Source: Lama glama (lineage: Eukaryota). Taken from it: a DNA stretch of 64,000 nt. The stretch covers positions 42,410,001 to 42,474,000 of the forward strand of contig CM052817.1 of NCBI GenBank assembly GCA_028534125.1, in the 5' to 3' direction. Position 1 is the stretch's first letter. The number at the start of each line of letters is the position of its first letter. Under the pieces are notes generated by a model. That model did not search any database and was not told the DNA's origin. It worked only from the letters and a program-made list of their open reading frames with translations. Of the stretch, positions 26,450 through 39,730 are shown piece after piece. The translations under genes and the position numbers were made by a program.

Positions 26450-27310
26450 CAGTGAGTCAGACAATCAGCAAACATCTATGAGGCACCTACTATGCATCAG
26501 AGACTGTTCTAGGCATGGTAGATTCTGCAGTAAAGTAAGCAGAGCTCTTGCCCTTAGAAAGCTTAGCTTCCACTGGGGAGGAGACTGACAACACACATAT
26601 ATAAGACAATCCCAGGCCTTGGTAAGTGCTTTGGAAAGAAAAAAAGCAAGCGGAAAAGGTAGATTTGGTTTGGTTTAGAGTGTAAGGGGCTGAGGATGGT
26701 AAGAAAGGTTGACAGTATTTTGTTGAGAGCACTAAAGTCCATGCTAACGACTCTGGGCTTGATCATGCAGGTAGTGGGCGATCTCATATGAATTTTTTTT
26801 TCTAGAATATTACATGATTAAATTTGGGTTTTAGGCAGTTGCCTCTACTGACAGTGTAGAGACTGGAATGGAGAGGGAAGACACACAAGGAAAAGGCGGA
26901 GGCTTTTCAGTAATTCAGGAAAGAATGATGCAATTATCAAGGCACTGAGGATAGATTCATAAACTATCAGTGAAGCACAAGGGCAAGTATTAACGACCAG
27001 ATATAGAGATAAGGGAGACGATGAGCTGCAGAGGGTGGATTTGCTATTCCTGGGTAAAAAGACAGCTCTCCTAGTCTTAGAGAGATGAAAGATACAGGAG
27101 GAGGCAGGGAGAAAAACAGTAAGATGTTTCTCCAGAGATTATATATTTGGTTCTGGGGAGGTTGAATTCAAGGCACTTGTGGCATCATCCAAGTTGATTT
27201 TTTTTTTTTCAGTAAGCATCTGAAAATACAGTATTCTGAGAGCAGCTGGGTCTGGAGATAAAAATTAGGGGTTAGTAACTTAGATGTGTCAACTGAAACT
27301 ATGAGAATGG
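26450..27310 (-). mobile_element. L2 LINE (3' end plus body)
   Basis: CAGCAAACATCTATGAGGCACCTACTATGCATCAGAGACTGTTCTAGGCA is an antisense L2 terminus, followed by L2 body motifs. Confidence 0.8.
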
Positions 27311-27769
27311 ACTGAGGATGTTACAAAATTTAGGAAAAATGGATACAGGATATTAAGAGATGTCTGTGATCAACCTGCTGTTCTTTAGAAACTAATATAA
27401 TAAGAACCAAAGCTACTTAAAGAATACGGCAACAGAGGAAGTTCCCCTGGAGTGTGCCCTCATCTTTGATGCCCTGTTACCACTTTTTCCTTCTTCTCTT
27501 TCACTCTCTTACTACTACCATGAAACTTCTTCATTCCAATTACTTCTCCCTCTCCTCTTTTCTCTTCAGTCTCATTCTCTCCCTCCTCCACATGCACACA
27601 CACCACTTCTCACTTGGTTCTAATGGCATTTTATAAGATACTCAGCCTTTTCATTTCCCTTGTGATAAAAATGACTCTTAAAGAAAATTAAGGTTATACG
27701 AAGAAGAATGCACTTGAATCAACCTTGTACAGATGGATAAGGTTACCATGGCATACTGAAAAGATCAGG

Positions 27770-27992
27770 GAATACGTTGTCAAAAACCTGGGTTCCCAGT
27801 CCAGCATTTCTACTTTAAGCTCCTCATTTACATTAACCCCTTTGAATCTCTGTAGTCCTCTTAAGAATATACACATCACAGGACTGTGATAAGTAATAGA
27901 TGAAATGATATATGTGTTATATAGGGCTGTACCAATATTAGGTTTTCATCTACTGTCTGGCTTGCTCAGTAAATGTTTGTTGAATGAATGAT
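27770..27992 (+). mobile_element. MIR fragment followed by short L2 tail
   Basis: ACCTGGGTTCCCAGTCCAGC...TAAGTAATAGATGAAATGATATATGTG, then GCTCAGTAAATGTTTGTTGAATGAATGA. Confidence 0.6.
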
Positions 27993-28984
27993 CACCTCTA
28001 TTAAGGATTCTTGAATTTACCCCTATAGATCTGTCAGTCTCTATAAAATTGTTTCTTTAAGGCTTTATAGCTGCCAGTATTTTTGGCCTTAAATATGTTT
28101 TTATTACCCTCCTGTATTTTTGGTTGCATTGGCTTTATCTTAAATAGCAAAGTTATTAAATTATTATATAAAATGGGTGTCATATAAGTATTATTAAATT
28201 ATGTTAACAATAATACTAAAATTTTTTTTGATTATGACTTTTTGATAATCCTGATTTCTCTTTTCCTGTAAATCTTTTTCATTCAGTTCTCAACTATACA
28301 CAAAGAACATAAAAATATTTAAAATACTCCATAAAACTAAACATAAAAGTATAGCAACCAGAGAAGTCTATCGTTAAGTTCTCGTTCAGCCATGAGTTTT
28401 ATATGGCCTACTAAACTGTATTTACCTTATAACATTTTTCTTTTCTGTAAAATATTCAAAGTTGACTTGGAGACTTGTTTTAAAAGCTTGAAATTTGAAA
28501 ACCGTGATTAGTTCTCAGACCTTCTTACGGACCTCTCAGTGTAACGATGGGACCTCAGAAGGCATTGCATTGCAGTCCAGACGGCAGCTTGTTTTCTTTT
28601 CTATCAGATACCGTAAAGCTCCATTCCATGCTATGCCAATAGACTTGGTTAGATCGCAGTCTAAATTTACTACAAATAAACTGCAGAGATTACTGTTGAT
28701 GAAGACATAAAACTAGGCTATCGGCTTTATGAAAACAAAGGCAAGGCCGGATATTTTTAATATTGTTTTTCAATATCTAGCACAGAAATCGTTCACAAAA
28801 GCTTACGCTGAACTACTAAACCGTTGTGCGCAGCAAGTTTTGGATTATGATTCACAAATACTACTTTGCCCACTTTAGAGTCTCTTTCTCAGTAAGTTAG
28901 AAAGCACGCGCCTGCTGTCCACGGGCACCTCGGTGCTCTGTCACCTTCCCCGTGTGTTCTGACTTCGGACACTTGACCTTAGAT

Positions 28985-29365
28985 CTTCTTTCTGAATGGA
29001 ATTCTCTTCCCTTGTAGACTTTTTCATAGTTTGGTCTCTTACTTTGTTCAGGTCTCTCCTCACACGTCCTTCAGAGAGTCATTCCTTGACCACATTCAAA
29101 TAGTCTTTTCCTTCCTTATTCCTAATGACCAGTTTCTGCCTCCTTTTCCTCCTTTTTTATTTATGACATTTGTAATTCCCAGAAATTAAACACTTATTTG
29201 TAAACTTTTAAATTGCCTGTCTCCCCCCTACCCAATAGACTATGAGGTTCACGCAGCCAGTGATCTTGTCTGTAGAGATCACTGCCATCTCCCCAAAGCT
29301 TAGATGAGTTGTCTGGAAAGCATTACATGCTCAATAAAAATCTGTTGAATTGATAAATAAATTCC
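28985..29365 (+). mobile_element. L2 3' end
   Basis: TTCAGGTCTCTCCTCA...CTTCAGAGAGTCATTCCTTGACCAC...TGCTCAATAAAAATCTGTTGAATTGAT. Confidence 0.8.
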
Positions 29366-29469
29366 TGATATTTATATTTGATTTCTCTCCCAGAAATCCT
29401 GGAAAAGTCTTTGAGGGTAGAAATTAAATCCTGTATTCTACCAATCAATAGAAGGTCAAAGTCACTGGG

Positions 29470-29690
29470 TAAATATTTACATCTGCCATTTATCGAGGCA
29501 GGCGAGGCACCTGCATGTTCCCATTTAATCCTCAAGACAACTTTCTGAGGTAGTTATTCTTAGTCTGTTTTAATGATAAGGAAACTAAGACACAGAAAAT
29601 ATAAGTAAATTACCTCAGAATCATTCTAAGTATTAAAGCTGGCATTCAAACTTCATTTAGTTTGACACAAACCCTCTGCTATCTGTAACT
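29470..29690 (-). mobile_element. MIR SINE
   Basis: CCCATTTAATCCTCAAGACAAC...GATAAGGAAACTAAGACACAGAAAA. Confidence 0.75.
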
Positions 29691-30189
29691 AAATTATGTT
29701 CCATTTCATATAGAAGTCTTTAGAACCCTCTTAAATGGAATCATATTGCATTTGTTTCTATTTTACAATCCAATAGCAAAAATTTCCACAGTTTACCTAA
29801 AACTAAACCTTCAATTCAATCCTGAACTCAGTAAGTCAGCCAATGCCAGTGCTCTCAGATTTGGAACGTGTTTTCCAGCCCCTAAAGCTCTCAGGCTCTA
29901 AAAATAGCCTCCCTAGACCTAAGGGCCCCCAAATTTTCCTCAGTTATAATTCTCTCATCCAGAACATTTTTCTACCACATTTTAGCACCTGAGTGAATTT
30001 TATCCATTCCATATATCCCCTTTGGGATCATATAAATACAACTTAACTTTCTTAGAATCTGTGTTACTAATACGCCAAGTGTAAAATGATTCAATGTACA
30101 GCAAAAGTTGTTAATCAATTACTGACAAAAATAAACACCAAATATTCAATACAGAATTGGACCCCAGGATATGGAATCAAGGAGAGAAC

Positions 30190-30822
30190 TGTCAAAGAAA
30201 ACTTGTATCAGACAAGTTAAATAGGCAAAGAAGACTTTAATTTTTACTTATATCTTAAGCACCTTAAATAACATGCAATTTGTTGCATACAATTTCTTGA
30301 TATTTTCATTATGCATCATACTTCTAAGAGTTTGTTTCTCTAATTTATTATCTATGCTTCATTGTTTTAAGTAATTGATTCTGTTTTTAATTCCAGTAGT
30401 GGCAACTTTTATAGAAGTAATAATGTTAAAACGTATTTCTCATATCATCCTCAGAAATGAGGTAGTATCTAGTGAATACCCATTGTGAAATATGAGTAAG
30501 TTAACACTTTTACAGACATTTTTATTCCCTCCTTCTTTCTTCTGTGTCTCAGGTTTTGTTAATTTGCTATGATTTTTTTTCCTCCAATTGATTTTAGGAA
30601 ACATATCATTATTATTTCTTTACGTGGACACAGGCGTCTCAAGATGGCCGTAGGTCCCTGTATAAGGAGACTCAATGATTCCTTCCACTCTTTTCCTACC
30701 ACACCTCATGGTTGGTTAATTTCCACCCCCAAGGTAACTGGGAACTTAGTTTATTCTGGGCCACAGGCCAGAACTAGGGATTCAACACAAGGTAGGCCGG
30801 TCACTAACTATCCTTCCTGACA
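30190..30822 (-). mobile_element. Probable ERV LTR remnant (TG...CA ends) with an AT-rich L1-like segment in its middle (about 30245-30620)
   Basis: TGTCAAAGAAAA...AGTTAAATAGGCAAAGAAGACTTTA reads as an antisense LTR U5/polyA end. The right part ends TCCTGACA. No TSD seen. Confidence 0.4.
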
Positions 30823-33739
30823 GCAGCTCCTACTGTAGTAAACAGAACTTCCAAATGAGGAAAGAAAAGTTGCTTCTCTTTTCTTATACTTTCAATAATG
30901 TTCATTTAAAAAAAACTTTCATTTTCATTCTTTCACTTTTCACTGAGCTCTCACTTGATAGTAGGAAACTCTATGGGCACTCCAGTCGCATCGTTTCATT
31001 TGTGTTTCCAGGCACGCATACTTGACATTTTAAATTTCGATTCTGCTTAATTCTTATGGCTTCACAAGCAGCTCTTCGGTTTACCTCTGAGTAAGGAATT
31101 TTCCCTGTCTCCTCTGCTTCATTCACCCTCACATATTTGTTTCGAACATTTGGATTTGTGCTTGCTCAATCGTGTGTGAGTTTGAAATGCCAGGGGAAAT
31201 AATTGGACAATGCCATCTACTCAAAGTTTAAACGCTTAATTATGTTTCTAGTGTTCTATCACTTGTCAGAAGCCACTATGTTGAATCTCAGATGGTTATC
31301 CGTAAGTTCCTGTGTCTTGAAAAGTATCCTGGGAATGAATTTTTAAAGCACTGTCTCAACTCATTTTCTTACAAATCTCTTTCTATTCACAAATCATTAC
31401 CACTGTCTTACCAAATTTCTTGTGAGAAGGGAATCCCTGAGAGACAGATTTAAAGAAACAAAAACAAAAACAGAGCCATCTAAATTGTCAAATGGTAGGA
31501 AATTCTAAAAAGTAGAAAACTTTGTTTTAATTCTGCATCAGAAGTCCCCTGTCAGTGTGGTGGTCTATGAAATTATTTTACTAATTTATTCCTTTGTGAA
31601 ATGAAAGGAGGAGAAGGAAAGCAGTTGCCCTTAAGTCACTGCTTTGAAAACTCAAGAGGGTATGATGGTCTGGGTAATTCCATTTGCAAAGACATCTGGG
31701 AAGAAGTACCACCTAAGTGGCCTTCAGTAGAATTTTTTTTTTTTCAAAAAAATTCCCTAATACAACTTTCTTCATAAACATTTTATTTTCTATATCCGAA
31801 AGCTTCACAATGTGTACATAAAATGTTCTATGATGCCTTATGAAAGATAATAAACACATTTAATTTTATTTATTTGTTGGTTTATTATACAGTTCATTTT
31901 TCCCCTAAACTTAATCCCGTTCTAATCTCCATGAAACATTTAACACCAGTTTGCTGTTGTTGTTGTCCTAGGAAACACAGTTTGGGGAACCTTGCCTTGG
32001 GGATATGTTTCTCATGAAGCTTATGACTTTGAGATTTAAGTCAATAGTTTAAAAAGGAATAAAAGGATGGCAGACAATCATTTTGTTTTACACTTGACTC
32101 TTGAACAACTGGAAAAGGCAAGTACATGTGCATCCACAGAGGAAGAAAGCTTCCATGGGAAAGTCTGTCTCTGTACTTACGCCCAATTCTAGGAATTTGG
32201 CTCTTTGTCCCCAGATATTAACCTCACTCCCATCATTCCCTAATACTAACAACTTCTATATCATTTTAATGTGTGAAAAATGGAAACACATTTAAGTTAA
32301 TAATACTGGACGTAAGTTCATGCTAACGTATTAATTATGAAGAAATTTCTTAATTCCAAAGGGATTCCATAAATTGAGAGTTAGAATGGTGCACAGAGTT
32401 AGTGAAATTGTGAGGGAAGTAAACGACTCTGTTGGCACTTGAAAGAAGAAACTTCTTCAAGATGGAGGCAGAGAGACTATTACAAAGATAAAATTTCCTG
32501 ACTTGGCAATTTGGTCTACTACCTACCCTAGCTGCGCTAGACAAAATTATTCCCAAATGCACATTTCTAAAGTGACTTCCAAAAAGGATGTACCAATTAT
32601 TATTCAATGGTATTGTGTGATAGACGTATCTCATTGTACCCTCGCCAGCATTTTTATAATATTTGTAATCTTTGCCAGTTTTGTGTAGAATAATTCTCAT
32701 TATTTTTTCATTATAAATTCTTTATTTGTCAGGTTAAGTATTTTAAATTTTTTTGTGAACTATATTTCCATCTTCTCACGCAACATATATTGGTTATGTA
32801 GGGACTAATGATTTAATCTGAACAATTCCATCCCCTTAGTTGATTTCCATTCTCACAATTTTTTCTGCTTTATGGACATATTCAGTGAGTATGAGGTATA
32901 AGCAAAACCAATTTGTTGTCTTATCTTAAATAACCCCAGGGTGTGATCTGATGATGAAGTTGCTGAAAACTGTGATGAGAATACAGTGGAAGACTGTATG
33001 CATTCTATTTACCATGCTGTTTTTAAGTTGGCTGAATGTCATGAATGTCAGAAATGAAACAAAGATGCCTGCTATCACCTTTAGTAGTTAACAGTGAAAG
33101 AGCTAGTCATTAAGATATACCAAAAACAAACAAACAAAAAAAGGAAATTAGGTAAAGTTATTAGAAATAGGAGACCAGTGAAATTATTTTAACATATAAA
33201 GGTATCCGTGCTTACATTATAGAAGCAATGGATTATCCTAAATTCTTTGGAAATCTTGGATTGTGTATATCATCTGTATTATGGGATAAAAAGTCTACTT
33301 TCTCCATTGAAAAGATAGTTTTTCATTTTCCTCCCCATACCAAAACCCAGTTGAAATCCAGAAGAACTATTTCACGCAGGAAACTAATTCTAATTTCTTA
33401 ATATGCAGGGAATATGTGTTCAGTCTTATTCAAGGAAAGCCTCACCAGTGGAAACAATTTTCATGTAATAATAATTTTATAGAGCAACCTAATTTTTAAT
33501 AATGACCAAATTAAAAAAAAAGTTAGAAGTTAGATACACTTAGTACATGCTGTTTCTTACACTTATAATCTTATACTTACTAAACTTGTCAAAAATCCAG
33601 TACAAGAGCTATAGAAAGACATGAGGAGGAAGAAGGAAGAAACTGGAAGGGCTATTGTTTTAATTCAATTGATGAAGGGATTTGTAAGGTATGAAAATGA
33701 GAAGGATAGATAGAGACAGATAGCAAATGATATTAATAG

Positions 33740-33950
33740 TTAAAATTTACTACTTATTTGTACTTAAGTGTTTCACATGGAGTGTGGGTTCCAGCCTTCA
33801 AAATGAATTCATGTAGTAGCTAATATTTTCATCCCCAGTCATGTGAATAAGAACTGAGGGTCAGAGAAGTGAAACAGCATTTATAAAAGCAAAGAGCTTA
33901 GCACCAGACATAGCATTGGAACACAAACTTATATGATTTAGAAACCAAGA
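33740..33950 (-). mobile_element. MIR (degenerate)
   Basis: CATCCCCAGT...GAATAAGAACTGAGGGTCAGAGAAGTGAA. Confidence 0.55.
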
Positions 33951-34164
33951 AATTTATTTTATTTTAATTGATTCATTAACTTACTTAAAGTGATGTAGGT
34001 ACCTAATTTATAAATTTAAATAGTTTTACAAAACTGAAAAGGTAGTCGGTTACCCTAAATCTGAAATTCCAGATTCTACACCAGATATAACACTCAATTT
34101 TTTTCACTTGTGTTCTCTGGTCATTCACCTCAATATTTCTATACATCAAAGGTTGTATCACTAT

Positions 34165-34926
34165 TTTTTGTAAAGCAAATTTACTGAGCTCTAATTTATT
34201 ATATCACAAGATGTTCTGTTCAGTGAGCTTAAATATGCTCACCAATGTAATCACCAGCCTCATCAAAGAGACAGACGTTGTCATCACCCCAGAAAGTCCT
34301 TTTGTGCTCTTTCCCAGTCAGTGCTTTCACCCACCCTGACCCAAGGTGTTGATGTAACTTTTATCAACATAGATTTACACAAATTAGTTTTACTTCTCTA
34401 GATCTTCATATATAGTATTTTTTTTTTTTTTTTGCATCTGGCTTCCTTTGCTCAGCAAAACAGTCTGGAAATTCATCCATGTCGTTGCCTATATCAGCAC
34501 TTAGTAGTGTTTCACTGTATAGATTTGTCACAATTTTTAAAATCCATTTTCCTTTGATAGATATTTGAGTTATTTCCAGTTTTCAGCTATTAGAACTAAT
34601 CTACTATGAATATTTGTGCACAACTCTTTGTGAGGACAAATGTTTTCATTCATTTTTGTAGTGGAGGAAGGTAGGTGTACATTTAATCTGGTAAGAAACC
34701 GACAAAACATTTTCTAAAGTTGCACCATTCACACTCTCACTCACAGTGTATGAGAGTTCTAATTCCACATTCCCACTGACAATTATTTTTGTCAATATTT
34801 TTAATTTTAGCCACCCCCTTGGATATGTGATCATTTCTCATTATGATTTTAATTTACATATTTCTGAAGAATAATGATTTTCAGCAGCTATTCAAGTGCT
34901 TATTAGTCTTTCATATATTTTCTTTT
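34165..34926 (-). mobile_element. Old L1M 3' region (host element, left part)
   Basis: Antisense L1M 3' motifs (TCATCACCCCAGAAAGTCC, TCTGGCTTCCTTTGCTCAGCA, TTATTTCCAGTTTT). Confidence 0.8.
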
Positions 34927-36393
34927 TTAAAATTAAAGTATAGTCACTTTTTTATTAAAGTTGCAATGTATCCATTTCTGGTGTACAGCACAATGTCCCA
35001 GTCATGCATATACATACATATATTCGTTTTCATATTCTTTTCCATTAAAGGTTATTACAAGATACTGGATTTAGTTCCCTGTGCTATACAGAAGAGATTT
35101 GTTTTTTTTTTAATCTATTTTTAGATATAGTGGCTAACATTTGCTAATCTCAAACCTCAAATTTATCCCTTCCCACTTCTTTTCCGCCGGTAACCATAAG
35201 ATTGTTTACTATGTCTGCAAATCTGTTTCTGTTTTGTAGATGAGTTCATTAGTGTCCTCTTTTTTTCTTTTCCACCTATGAGTGATATATGATATTTTTC
35301 TTTCTCTTTCTGGCTTACTTCACTTAGAATGACGATCTCTAGATCCATTCATGCTGCAGCAAATAGCATTATCTTTTTTAAAGGCTGAGTAGTATTTCAT
35401 TGTATAAATATACCACAACTTCTTTATCCAGTCATCTGTCAATGGACATTTAGGTTGCTTCCATGTCTTGGCTATTGTATATAGTGCTGCTACGGACATT
35501 GGGGTATATATATATCTTTTCGAATTAGACTTTCCTCTGGATATATGCCCAGGAATGGGATTGCTATATCATATGGCAACTCCATTTTAGTTTTTTAAGG
35601 AACCTCTGTCCTGTTTTCCATAATGGCTGCACCAATTTACATTTCTACCAACAGTGTAGGATGGTTCCCTTTTCTCCACAGCTTCTCTAGCATTTATCAT
35701 TTGTGGACTTTTTAATGAGGGCCATTCTGACTGGTGTGAGATGATACCTCATTGTAGTTTTGATTTGCATTTCTCTGATAATTAGTGATACTGAACATTT
35801 TTCATGCGTCTATTGGCCATTTTATTTCTTCACTGGAGAATCACTTGTTAGGTCTTCTGCCCAGTTTTGGATTGGCTTATTTGGTTTTTTGTTATTAAGT
35901 TGTATGAACTGTTTATATATCCTGGAAATTAAACCTTTGTCAGTCGTATCATCTGCAAATATTTTCTCCCATTCTGTAGGTTGTCATTTTTTTTGCTTAT
36001 GGTTTTTTATTGTGCAAAAGCTTGTAAGTTCAATTAGGTCCAATTTGTTAATTTTTGCTTTTATTTCTATCGCCTGGGTGAGTGCCCTAGGAGAACATTG
36101 CTAAGATTTATGTCAGAATGTGTTGTCTATGTTTTCTTCTAGGTTTATCATGTCTTGTCTTATATTTAAGTGTTTAAGCCATTTTGAGTTTATTTTTGGG
36201 TATGGTGTGAGAGAATGTTCTAATTTCACTGATTTACATGCTGCTGTCTAGCCTTCCCAACACCACTTGCTGAAGAGACTGTCTTTTCTCCATTGCATAT
36301 TCTTGCCTCCTTTGTTGAAAATTAATTGAGCACAGGTCTGTGGGTTTATTTCTGGGCTATCTGTTCTGTTCCATTGATCCATGTCTGTTTATC
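34927..36393 (-). mobile_element. Younger 5'-truncated L1 (ORF2 C-terminus plus 3' UTR) with 22-bp TSD
   Basis: Minus ORF 35163-35348 MDLEIVILSEVSQKEKEKYH is the ORF2p end. AGTCTTTCATATATTTTCTTTT is present at both 34905-34926 and 36394-36415. Confidence 0.92.
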
Positions 36394-37075
36394 AGTCTTT
36401 CATATATTTTCTTTTGTGAAATGCCTGTTGAAGTCCTTTGCCCATATATTTTGTCTTCTTATTTTTGAGTTGTAAGAGTCTTCACATGTATTTTGTCAGA
36501 TATATTTATTGCAAATATTTTCCCCCAAAATGTGGTATGTCTCATTAATTTCTTGTTTATGTCTTTTGAAGAACAGATATTATTAATTCTGATGAAGTCC
36601 AGTTTATATATTTATATTATTACATTTTGTTTTCAAAGAACACTACCTACCTACCCTAAGGTCACAAAGATTCTCTACTCTGCTTTCTTTTAGAATTTCT
36701 ATGGTTTTAGAGTCCTCATTTAGGACTGTGACTCATTTCAAATTAATTTTTGTGTACAGTGTGAGATAAGGTCAAGGATTTTTTTTTAAATGATAATCAA
36801 GTGATGAATACTATTTGTTTAAAAAGCTACCCCTTCCATTAAATTACTTGGACACCTTTGTTGTAAATAATTGGCTGTATACATGTGGATCTCTTTCTGA
36901 AGTCTCTTTTTTGACATTAATCAATTTTACAATTTTTATGTCTATAGCACATTCTCATAATTATAGAATGTTTTAAAATTAGGTAGTATAGGCTCACCAG
37001 TCTTTTTAAAAATATTTTTCAAAGATGTTTTTAGCTGTTCTAGGTTTTTTATTCCATTATTTTTTATATTTCAGT
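36394..37075 (-). mobile_element. Old L1M ORF2 remnant (host element, right part)
   Basis: TTCTTTTGTGAAATGCCTGTTGAAGTCCTTTGCCCAT continues the host L1 exactly after the TSD. Confidence 0.8.
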
Positions 37076-37519
37076 TTTAGACATTATGTACTGACTACTT
37101 AATTCTCAAGATGAGAGTTTAGTTATTTCTTCCTTTCCCCTATGTAATTTAATCAAAATTTTTGTTAAATGAGCATACAATTTATTGTTTAGCTATTATA
37201 GAGTGATATTATTTATATATAATTCACATGAGGTAAAACAATTTACATTCTCTTTCTTGTAAAGAAGTTACCTGTAAAATTTTTCTTGCTCTTTGCCTTA
37301 CATTTCCATTTGTCCCTAACTCTATAGCAGGAATTCAAATCTCTGAAAAATGTTCGAATATATTATTAGTATTCCATCATTCTGTTCTAATAATAATGTT
37401 TTCTCTCTAAGCCTGATATGAAGTTCTCATCCCAGAACTTATCTCTATAACTCCGGGAATCCTCTTCATTTATCTCCTGTGTTATATTAGGAATTTCAGT
37501 TTCCTACACCCTATATCTT

Positions 37520-37665
37520 TTTTTAAAATTAATTAATTATTTTTTTGGCTGGAGAGGTAATTAGGTTTATTCATTTATTTTTTTAATGGAGGTACTGGGG
37601 ATTGAACCCAGGACACTGTGCTTGCTAAACATGTACTCTACCACTTGAGCTATATCCTTCCCCCT
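37520..37665 (-). mobile_element. Camelid tRNA-derived SINE (vic-1-like), long form
   Basis: Reverse complement GGATATAGCTCAAGTGGTAGAG...GTCCTGGGTTCAATCCCCAGTACCTCCATTAAAAAAATAAATGAATAAACCTAATTACCTC. TSD CCTATATCTT at 37510-37519 and 37666-37675. Confidence 0.9.
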
Positions 37666-37699
37666 CCTATATCTTCTTTTACTTAGTATGAACCTCATC

Positions 37700-38290
37700 C
37701 TCCAGTGGCTAAGTGAGAAAAGGTGTATAGCAACTAAATTCTTGGAGGAATTGTGTTTGAATAATGTCTTTATTTTTCCCCAACTGATATTGTGAGTGAT
37801 GTAAAACTGTAGGTTAGAATTCATTTTTTCCCTCAGAATTTTTTTTTTGGTATTGTTTCATCTTTTTTTACTTTTCCATATTTCTGTCTAGAAGCCTGTC
37901 ATAGTTTTGAGTCTAGATCCTTTTACGATTGTGAGCGTATGTTTCGATGCTTCTACAGTCTTTTCATTCTCTTCCCTCTGAAATTTCATGATAATATTCC
38001 TTCATGTGTGTCTGTTTTGTTTATTGCACTAGGTACTCTAAGCACATTTTCAGTTTAGACACTCACATTCTTCCGTTTGGGGTTATTTTATGGAATCTAA
38101 ACTGTAATTACCTGGTTTTGTTTTCTTTGTTTTTTTCTTTGGAAAACCTATTATTCAGGTACTAGACTGCTTGGCCAGGTTTTCTCATCTTTTTCTCATC
38201 TTTGCTTTCCTATATTTTTTTATCTTGATACTTTTATTTTAATTTCTAGATATTTGCTCAAATTGACCTTTCTGTTTTTTCTTGAATATT
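37700..38290 (-). mobile_element. Very old L1 ORF1/HAL1-like remnant
   Basis: T-rich antisense motifs (AATGTCTTTATTTT, TAGAATTCATTTTTTCCCTCAGAATT, CTGAAATTTCATGATAAT). Confidence 0.5.
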
Positions 38291-38294
38291 GTAT

Positions 38295-38791
38295 TGCGGT
38301 AAAAAACACACAACATAAAATTTATCATCTTAATCACTGTTAACTGTATAGTTCTGTAGTGCTAGCGATAGACACACTGTTGTGCAACTTATTTCTAGAA
38401 GTTATTCATCCTGTAGTACTAAAGCTCTACATCAGTGGAAAAACTCCCCTTCTTCCCTCCCCGCTACCCTCTGGCAACCATCATTATACTTTTTATTTCT
38501 AAGAGTTTGACTGCTGTAGATACCTCATGTAAGTGTAATCACACAGTATTCGTCTTTTTGTAACTGGCCTATGTCACCTAGCATAAAGTCCTCAAGGTTT
38601 ATTTATGTTGTAGCACATGAAAAGATTTCCCTTTTCAGGACTGAATGATATCTCATTGTATGTATATGCCACATTTTATTTTTCCATTTATCCATCAGTG
38701 GATATTTAGGTTGCTTTCACCTCTTGGTTATTTTGCATAATGCTGCAATAAACATGAGTATGAAAATATCTCTTCTAAATCCTATTTTCAA
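38295..38791 (-). mobile_element. L1MA/MB 3' end (host element, left part)
   Basis: CATAAAATTTATCATCTTAATCA...CTGGCAACCATCATT...TAGATACCTCATGTAAGTG antisense L1MA/MB 3' UTR. Confidence 0.85.
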
Positions 38792-39730
38792 GCCATAAAC
38801 AAAACAAAAAGACAAACCATGGACTGGGAGAAAATATTTGCAAAAGATGTGACTGACTAAGGTTTAATTTCCAAAATATACAAACAGCTCATACAACTTA
38901 ATAACAAAAAAACCAAACAACCCAAACAAAAATGGACAGAAGACCCAAGCAGACATTTCTCTAATGAAGACATACAAATGGCCAATAGGCACATGAAAAA
39001 ATGCTCAATATCAATAATGATCAGAGAAATGCAAATGAAAACTACAACGAGGTATCACCTCACACCAGTCAGGATAGCCATCGTTAAAAAGTCCACAAAC
39101 AATAAGTGCTGGAGAGGGTGTGGAGAAAAGGCAACTTTCCTACACTGTTGGTGGGAATGTAAATTGGTGCAGCTATTATGGAAAACAGGATGGAGGTTCC
39201 TTAAAAAACTAAAAACATTGTTGCCATATGATCCAGCAATCCTACTCCTGGGCTTATACCCAGAGGAAAGTCTAATTCGAAAAGATACATGCACCCTAAT
39301 GTTCATAGCAGCACTATTTATGATAATCAAGATATGGAAGAAATCTAAATGTCCATCAAGAGATGAGTGGATAAAGATTTACTATTTATATACAATAGAA
39401 TACTACTCAGCCATAAAAAAGAATGAAATAATGCCATGTGCAGCAATATGGATGGACCTAGAGATTATTATACTAAGTGAAGTAAATCAGACAAAGACAT
39501 ATGTCATATGATATCATTTATATGTGGACTATAAAAAATGATACAAATGAACTTACTTTCAAAGCACAAATAGACTCACAAACATATAAAACAAATTTAT
39601 GGTTACCAAAGGGAAAAGGGAGGGAGGGAGGGATAAATTACGAGTTTGGGATTAGCAGATATATAAAATAGATAAACAATAAGATCCTACTGCACAGCAC
39701 AGGGAACTAAATTATATTAAAAAGGAAAAA
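38792..39730 (+). mobile_element. Younger L1 fragment (ORF2 C-terminus plus shortened 3' UTR) inserted in opposite orientation, 15-bp TSD
   Basis: TSD AAATCCTATTTTCAA (38777-38791) / AAATTCTATTTTCAA (39731-39745). Contains the 177-aa ORF2-like ORF. Confidence 0.92.
38978..39511 (+). pseudogene. Open remnant of the L1 ORF2p C-terminal (CCHC zinc-knuckle) region; not a host gene
   Basis: ANRHMKKCS...RYHLTPVR...[23 protein letters not shown]...[10 protein letters not shown]...[10 protein letters not shown]...[12 protein letters not shown] is L1 ORF2p. Endonuclease and RT domains are absent. Confidence 0.9.

Noticed and set aside
32350..32700. 116-aa minus-strand ORF
   Set aside because: No recognisable domain or exon signals; length is within chance expectation for 64 kb.
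37580..37665. tRNA genes at 25.1, 37.6 and 44.3 kb
   Set aside because: A and B boxes are present, but each has an A-rich tail, TSDs and substitutions, so they are SINE copies rather than tRNA genes.
38978..39511. Longest ORF (177 aa) as a host gene or domesticated protein
   Set aside because: It is the L1 ORF2p C-terminus inside a TSD-bounded truncated L1; openness reflects young age.
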